64,000 nucleotides of DNA from the human T2T-CHM13v2.0 reference genome, Homo sapiens, in NCBI RefSeq assembly GCF_009914755.1, contig NC_060927.1, one strand, 5' to 3'. The position numbers were made by a program, and so were the translations under genes. The first letter of the stretch is position 1. Every line of letters begins with the position of its first letter. The notes beneath the pieces are model-generated. The model was not told where the DNA came from. It saw nothing but the letters and a program-made list of their open reading frames with translations, and searched no databases. Positions 57,348 through 64,000 of the stretch are shown one piece after another.

Positions 57348-60300
57348 TTTATGGTTATTGATGGATGAGAATTTACTCCTGTCATTCTGTGAATTGCTTT
57401 CTGGTTGTTTTGTGTATCCTTTGTTTCTTTCGTTTTCTTTTATTGTCTATCATTGTGGTTTAATGGTTTTCTGTCATTATAAGGTTTGCTTCTTTTTTTC
57501 TTTCTCCTTTGAGTATCTGTTCTACCAGTGAATTTCAAACTTTTGATGTTTTCTTGATAGTGAATATTAACTTTCTGCCTCCAGTTGCAGGATTTCCTTG
57601 AGCATTTCTCATAAGTCCAATCTAGTGGTGATGAACTCCCCCAGTTTTAGTTTGTCTGGGAAATACTTTATTTTCACTTCATTTCTGAATGATAATTTTG
57701 CTGGGTATAGTATTCCTGGTTGTCAATAATTTCCTTTTAGCACTTTGAGTATATAATCTTCTTTTCTACCTGCCTGTAAGGTTTCTGCAGAGAAATCTGC
57801 TGTTTAGTCTTACAGGGATTCTCTTATATGTGACTTGATGTTTTTATTTTGCTGTTTTTAGAATTCTCTCTTTGTTTTTGACTTTTAATTTTTTTTTTTT
57901 TTTTTTTTTTGAGATGAGGTCTTGCTTTGTCACTCAGATTGGAGTGCAGTGGCATAATTCCATTTCACTGCAAACTTGAACTTCTGGGCTCAAGCAAGTC
58001 TTCCACCTCAGCCTCCTGAGTAGCTGGGACTATATGTGCATGATACCATGTCCAACTAATTTTTAATATTTTGTGGAATTGGAGCCTTGTTGTGTTGCCC
58101 AGATTCTCTTTGACTTTTGACAGTTTGACTACACTGTGCTTCACAGAGAAACTTTTGGGTTTAATCTATTTGGGTACTTTTTTGCTTCCCAGATTTAAAT
58201 ATGCATATCTCTCCCCAGACTTGGGAAGCTTTCAGCTTTATTTTATTAGATAGGTTTTCCATACACTTTCCCTTCTCTTTTCTTTCTGGAACTTCCATGA
58301 TACAAATATTTGTTCACTTAATAGTGTCCATAAGTCTTGTAAGCTTTCCTCACTCCTTTTCATTCTTAGTTCTTTTTTTTTTTCTCTGACTTTGTAATTT
58401 CAAATTACCTATCTTCAAATTCAGAGATTCTTCTGCTTGATCAAGTCTGTTGTTGAGGCTGTCTCTTTTATTAATCAACTTATTCAGAATACTGCGGGAT
58501 TTCTGTTTGCTGCTTTATGTATGTCTACTATCTCTGTGCAATTTCTCATTCATACCATGAGTTGGTTTCCTGATTTTGTTGAATCGTCTGTCCGTATGTT
58601 TTTGGTTGTTTGTTTCTTGTTCCTTAAGAGGATTATTTTGAATTCCTTTTCCTGGCGATTCATTTATTTGTCTATTTATTGAGGTCGGCTACTAGATAAT
58701 TATTATAATTTGTTGGTGACATCATATTTTCTTGCTTTTTCATGTTTCTTATTCATGTGTTGCTGTCTGTGCATATGGTCAATCATCTCTTGCAAACTTT
58801 CTACAATAGCTTTCATAAAGAAAGATTTTCACCTGCACCTGCTGTTGTTTTTTTTGCCTGCTGGTTGTGAAGGGTGTAGTGACCGTTTTTCTGCATAGGT
58901 GCAATGGTATGATCTCTGTGCAGCTTCTTTAGCTGTATTCAATGTCAGTAGTAAGTGTGGGCACCTCAGTGGCCTAGGCTGTAGAAGCCTGTGGCCATGA
59001 CAGCATAGGTTGTTAATGTTCTAGGTATCAAGCGCTTTGGGGTTCTTCTCTCCTTACTTTTCCTACAGTGGAGAGACTTAGCCAAGGAGATCCCTTTTAT
59101 TATCAGGTCTGACACAGCCTACAAGTAGCTGCAGTGGTGCTGGGTTCCAGGTACAGGTAATCATAGCAGCTGTGGTGCAAAGGTCCTGGGCTCAGTGTTA
59201 CATGAACCTATTGTGACACCTAGGTCTTTGGCTGCAAGTTTTCTCTCTTTGGCTGGTTGAATACAGGTTGCCCACAGAGCCTGGATCTGTGACTCTGAGG
59301 CATCTCCTAACAGCTTGGGCTCAGGAGTCTGTGTCATGATTGTGATTCTACCCATGGGTGGGAGCTCAGAGTACTGGCACATCTGTGGGGAAAAGGGAGT
59401 GTCCTAGAGGTTTGGACCTGCAGAGCAGAGTATGGCTGCAATTTGGAAACCTGTGCCAACAGGGCTCAGTGGCAGCTTGAGTCCCAGGGAATGAGATACT
59501 GTGTAGTAGTAGCTATAGACCCTGGGATTTCAGGGCTCAGCAGTATCTCAGCCTCTGTGAGGCCAGGTGCAGTGGCAACAGTACCCCAGAACGGTGGAGC
59601 ATGGCTATTATCTGAGCCCTGGAGCTGGGCTGGGGACAGCACAGTGATGACTTCACTCCCCAGGAAGAGGGGTGTCTCAGCAGCTAAGACACCACTCTAG
59701 GGGGCTAGTCCAGCTCCAAAGGTACTAGACTTATTTGGCTTATAAGGTGAGGTATCTCAGCTCAGCCACTGCTCTGTTTCCTTGGAGCATGGGGTACTAT
59801 GTAAGCCCAACCCTGAGATGCAAAGCTGCTCAGCTTAACCAGGGCACTGATTCCCTAGGGGGTGATATGTTGTATCAGCTCAGGCCTGAGGGTATGGTGA
59901 CTGTTCTGGGCCACCTAGGCACTGTTTTCCTGGGATGCAGGTTGCTGCTTCAGCTTAGGTACTGGGGTGCATGACCACTCTTGGTGGTCAAGGCACTGTT
60001 TCCTGGGATGAAGGGAACTACTTCAATTTAGACACTAGGGAGGTGTGGCTTCTCTTAGTGGCTAAAGTACTATTTCCCAAGAGGCAGAGTCCTGCTTCAG
60101 CTCTAGCTGAAAAGGCAGCGGGAGTGGTAGGTGAAGTGGCTTCACCTCTGCTCGACTCAACAGAGAAAGCTGTAACAGCTGATTGTGGCTTGGCTTGAGG
60201 ATATTTGGCCACTGGTCTGCGGTGGTTTGGCAGTAGCTTAGCCTCAAGGATAAAGGAGAGCCATGACTACTCACCGCTAGAGCAAGACACACTCTAGCCA

Positions 60301-60787
60301 TAGTTCTAATTCAAGACAGTGTATTGCAGTAGCCGTGTGGGCCACAGGGGGCAGGGCACAGTGTCAGCATCTCCTCTGGAGGGAGCACAGCTATGTGGAC
60401 TCCAGTCAGCTCCCACAGCTGGGCTTAGTGCCTGTGAGCACTGCTGGGGATCCCAGGGTTGAAATCTATTGGTGTCCAAGGTGTTGATGGGGATTCCTAG
60501 GATCCTCTTGCTTTCTTCCTTGTTGTAGACAGAAGTTCCTCCTAGTTCCTAGGTGATCCTGATTAAGGGATGGAGTGGTAGAGGCCTGGCATTTCCTTCC
60601 CATCTCTACGTAACAATCCCAAATTTCTGTGTTTACCAGGGTTTCTGTTACTCCCCTGATGTACTTTGGTGCCCTTCCTTGGTTATTTTCATTAAAATGT
60701 AGTTGTTTATTTATTGTTCTGACTGTCTTTGTAAAGAGTAGAGTGCTAGGGGGCTTCTAGCCGGCCATCTTGCTGACATCACCTCTC
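57348..60787 (-). mobile_element. Old L1M 5' part (5'UTR plus degraded ORF1), lacking ORF2 and 3' end here
   Basis: Minus-strand start gagaggtgatgtcagcAAGATGGCcggctagaag (YY1-type L1 start); reverse ORF1 motif gtaaggtttctgcagagaaatctgctgtt near 57780. Confidence 0.8.
57889..58101 (-). mobile_element. Truncated AluJ inside L1 ORF1
   Basis: T tail plus gagatgaggtcttgc...cttctgggctcaagc; tttgactttt on both flanks. Confidence 0.85.
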
Positions 60788-61112
60788 TCAGAGAGCAGGT
60801 TTCTTTTGCTTCATAGGCCAACAAAGCTTTCTCAGGGATTTGAGGCAGTTTAAGCAGAAAAGAGGAGCCTGAAACCCTACTGCTTCCATTAATTTACTTT
60901 GTGACCTGAGGTAAGTCACTTCCTTACTCCCATCTGAGGATCTAATTTCTTATTTGTAAAATGAAGATGTTGAGTTAGATAATATCTGAAATGTTTGGCA
61001 GCCCTGTTGGATTTTATCATGTGAAACTAACTGAAGAGTCACTTTCAGAAAAATAATCCTGTCACAGTGCTGGTAGTGTGCTATTTCTTGACTTCGGTGA
61101 TTATTTGCATGG

Positions 61113-61480
61113 TGTATTAATATCTGTTATCATGCTACTAATAAAGATATACCAGAGACTGGGTAATTTATAAAGGAGAGAGGTTTAATTGACTCACAGT
61201 TCCACATGGCTGGGGAGGCTTCAAAATCATGGCAGAAGGGGAAGGGGAAGCAAGACACATCTTACATGGCAGCAGGCAGGAGAGGGCATGTGCAGGGAAA
61301 CTCCCCTTTATAAATCCATCAGATCTCGTGATACTTACTCACTATCACGAGAACAGCATGGAAAAGACTGGCCCCCATGACTCAGTTACCTCCCACTGGG
61401 TCCCTCCCATGACACTGTGGGAATTATGGGAGCTACAATTCAAGATGAGATTTGGGTGGGGACACAGCCAAATCATATCA
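61113..61480 (-). mobile_element. THE1B-like solo LTR
   Basis: gagactgggtaatttataaagg...gggaattatgggagctacaattcaagatgagatttgggtggggacacagcc...atatca. Confidence 0.9.
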
Positions 61481-62929
61481 CACTGGTATTCTTATTTTAT
61501 GATAATTCATTGTTCTGCATATTTATGATTTTCTGAGTGCATGTCATAGTTCAATAAAGTGTTTATTAATAAAAATTTCATTAGAATAATAAAGGCTGGA
61601 GTTTTTATTTTGAGGGGAAAATCCTATTTTCAAAACTTAGATGAATACTTTCCATGAATTTTATAAAATCGATGTGTAAAAAGTCACAGTTGGTCTAACA
61701 AGAAACTGAGGTTTTGGGGTGACTTCCTTAAACAAAACTCCCAGGCAAGAACATGTGGTTGTGGAATGTTTGTTCTCACTGCTGCCTGGCACCAGGATTG
61801 ATGCTGGGAAGGTAGTAATCTCTGGTAGGCATTAATCTACACACTCGCCTGGGATGTCTCAATAACTGGGACAGAGGCTTGCTTTAATGTGTAGGCATTG
61901 ACACCACCAAGCTTCTGAATCAGCAGATTCAAAATCAGGGATTGTGTTTAGTTTGTAGAGAAAATAACAAAGGCTACTGCAGGTCTCAGCTGTTGGCATT
62001 GGTTGATTTTTTTTATCTCTCTGCTTCTTTCTTGTTCATCTGTATATGGAGAAAACATCTGAGTCTTTACAGGCTCTCCGAGTGCATTATCAGGACCCAC
62101 ATCTTTAGCCTTGCGTGTTGCTCTATCCTGTCTTTCTATATTTTTCTCTCTCTTTTGTATGTGTGTTTGGTTGGGGTTGGGGAACTGGTGACTTAGTCTT
62201 ATTTATTCTACTCCCCAGAATTCCACCACTTTTCTGTCCCTTTTCTGTCCCACAGTCTTCAGGGTCAGGCCAGTTGCAAAGTAGGACACTTTTGCTATTG
62301 CCTGAGATAAGTCACTCAATTCAATATTTGGCTTACAGAGTGGTTTTGTTTTACTTTTTCAGATGCTTCTCCTGCCAACTCTCTTCTAATTCACAAATCC
62401 TTATATAGGTTTATATTAATAGCTAGCTATAGAATTTATCCCTGTAGGGGAATTTCAATATTGGACAGGGCTGTGAAGGGGAGAACCCAAGAGATCTGGA
62501 TATGTAGATTAAGTGGATATGTTTCTAACCAAAACCAAACACATAAACAAGAAAGAATTTGTTATTCTGAAAAGAGAGAAGTGAGAAATAGATAAATGAT
62601 ACAATATTGGACCATACACAATGTGACAAACCTCCCCATGACCTCTCTAAATCTTTGATGAAGTTGTTAACCCCATGAAATTCTTAAGGCAACTGGAATA
62701 TTTACAGTGCCAAGGCCAGAATGTGTAAGTGGGTTGACTGTGAGAAAATTCTCAGCAGGTGTGGAGGGGATGGCAGAGAGAAGCGAATACAGAGAAAGTG
62801 TGAGAAGTCTTTCAGATTCTCCTCCCATTGCAAAATGTTAGTTTTCACCAACTGTAACCAGATCTTCAAGGGATTGGGTTTGGGGGTGGGCGGCTGACAT
62901 CTCAATTGCACACACCATATTACCTGCCA

Positions 62930-63560
62930 CTTTTGGAACACACTCCTCTCACACCTCACACATTTGCCTGGAACATCCTCCACCTACCCTCTAGTGTACA
63001 GTCAGCTCTGAGGTGCCTTACTCCACACCTCTAACTTCCCACACTCGCATTCCCCTCTTCCCACTCACCATCTTCTGTCTCTATGGTGTTTTGTGCACAT
63101 ACTCCTATCATGACTCTATCACAAAAGGCTGCCATTATCTGCTCATGTTTCTGTCACCTCCACTAGACTATGAGCTTCTATAGATTAAAGACTGTGGTAT
63201 GAGTTCCTATGTGTGTCTGTGAGAGAAGATGCTTTTGTTCATGCTTTAGCACAGAACTTCATTACTCGGTCCACAAACATTTACTGAGCACTCGCTGTGT
63301 ATGAGGAAATGCGCACAGATAAAACAAATTAAGCCTTGTCCTTCCAATCTGAAGCACTGCCAAGGAACAGGCAGGGTATCCATTCATCCATCCAAGAAAT
63401 TTAAACTTAATGGCGGCTCTATATCATGCCCATACTAAGTGCTGGACTATGAAGATTAGTGCAGCACAGTTCCTGCTCTGGAATTGCTCATGGCCCACTA
63501 GTGAAGACAGGAAAGTAAATGGTGATTACAGAATAGTAGGATCAATGCCACGGGAGTCAA
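62930..63560. mobile_element. L2 fragments in both orientations
   Basis: ctccactagactatgagcttc (+ strand L2 end) and aaacatttactgagcac (- strand L2 end). Confidence 0.5.
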
Positions 63561-64000
63561 GAACTCAAGTGCTCTCATAACCCAGACTGGATGAGTGGTA
63601 GAAGCATGCACTCAAATGTCTAAGAAAATTCATCTCAAGGGATCTGTAATCTCAAAAAATTCTCTAGTCAATATCTTTGTCTTTATCATTTTCTTCTTTA
63701 TGTATTTTTTGAGAAAATCTCTCTAAAAATAAATACATGCTGTGAGAAACTCAACAGAACTTTAAATTATTTCCTTCTTAAGTACAAGAATAGTTACTGA
63801 GGTTCGAGCATGTCTTTGGCCCTAGACTGGGTGAGATGCCCAGCTCTCCACTCTGCATGTCCCAAGCAGCTCTGGTCTATATGGATTTTTATTTGAGTCA
63901 GAGGGAAGTCATAAAACAACACCCTGTAATCTCCACAATAGGCACCCAAATTCATGACCGTTATCACAATCTTATTCCTGTGACCTTACAGCTTTTGAAT

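Overview
Primate (probably human or another catarrhine) non-coding DNA, either intergenic or deep intronic. It has no CpG island and no credible protein-coding ORF. The six-frame ORFs are chance or repeat-derived, and I cannot name the locus or a host gene. Much of the window is interspersed repeat: about 15 AluJ/AluS copies (many with readable target-site duplications, TSDs), a complete THE1A MaLR element with two LTRs, a MER11 solo LTR, a THE1B-like solo LTR, MLT1 and LTR16 LTRs, the 5' part of an old L1M, L1M 3' fragments, L2, MIR and hAT MER elements. There is also a 32-bp minisatellite of about 16 copies and several microsatellites. Family calls come from recalled consensus sequences, not a RepeatMasker run. 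Signals not explained by ordinary repeats: a 66-bp-arm hairpin plus a displaced 14-bp duplication at an Alu 5' junction (16.1-16.3 kb); a ~124-bp segment duplicated 1.19 kb apart (30.5 and 31.7 kb); a compact GATA/CCAAT/CACACC/RUNX promoter-like module followed by a strong splice donor (36.8 kb); candidate + strand exons and a mini-intron suggesting a spliced non-coding or UTR transcript; a strong CTCF motif; and a putative conserved enhancer at 4.1-4.5 kb. I found no evidence for a new multi-gene system.
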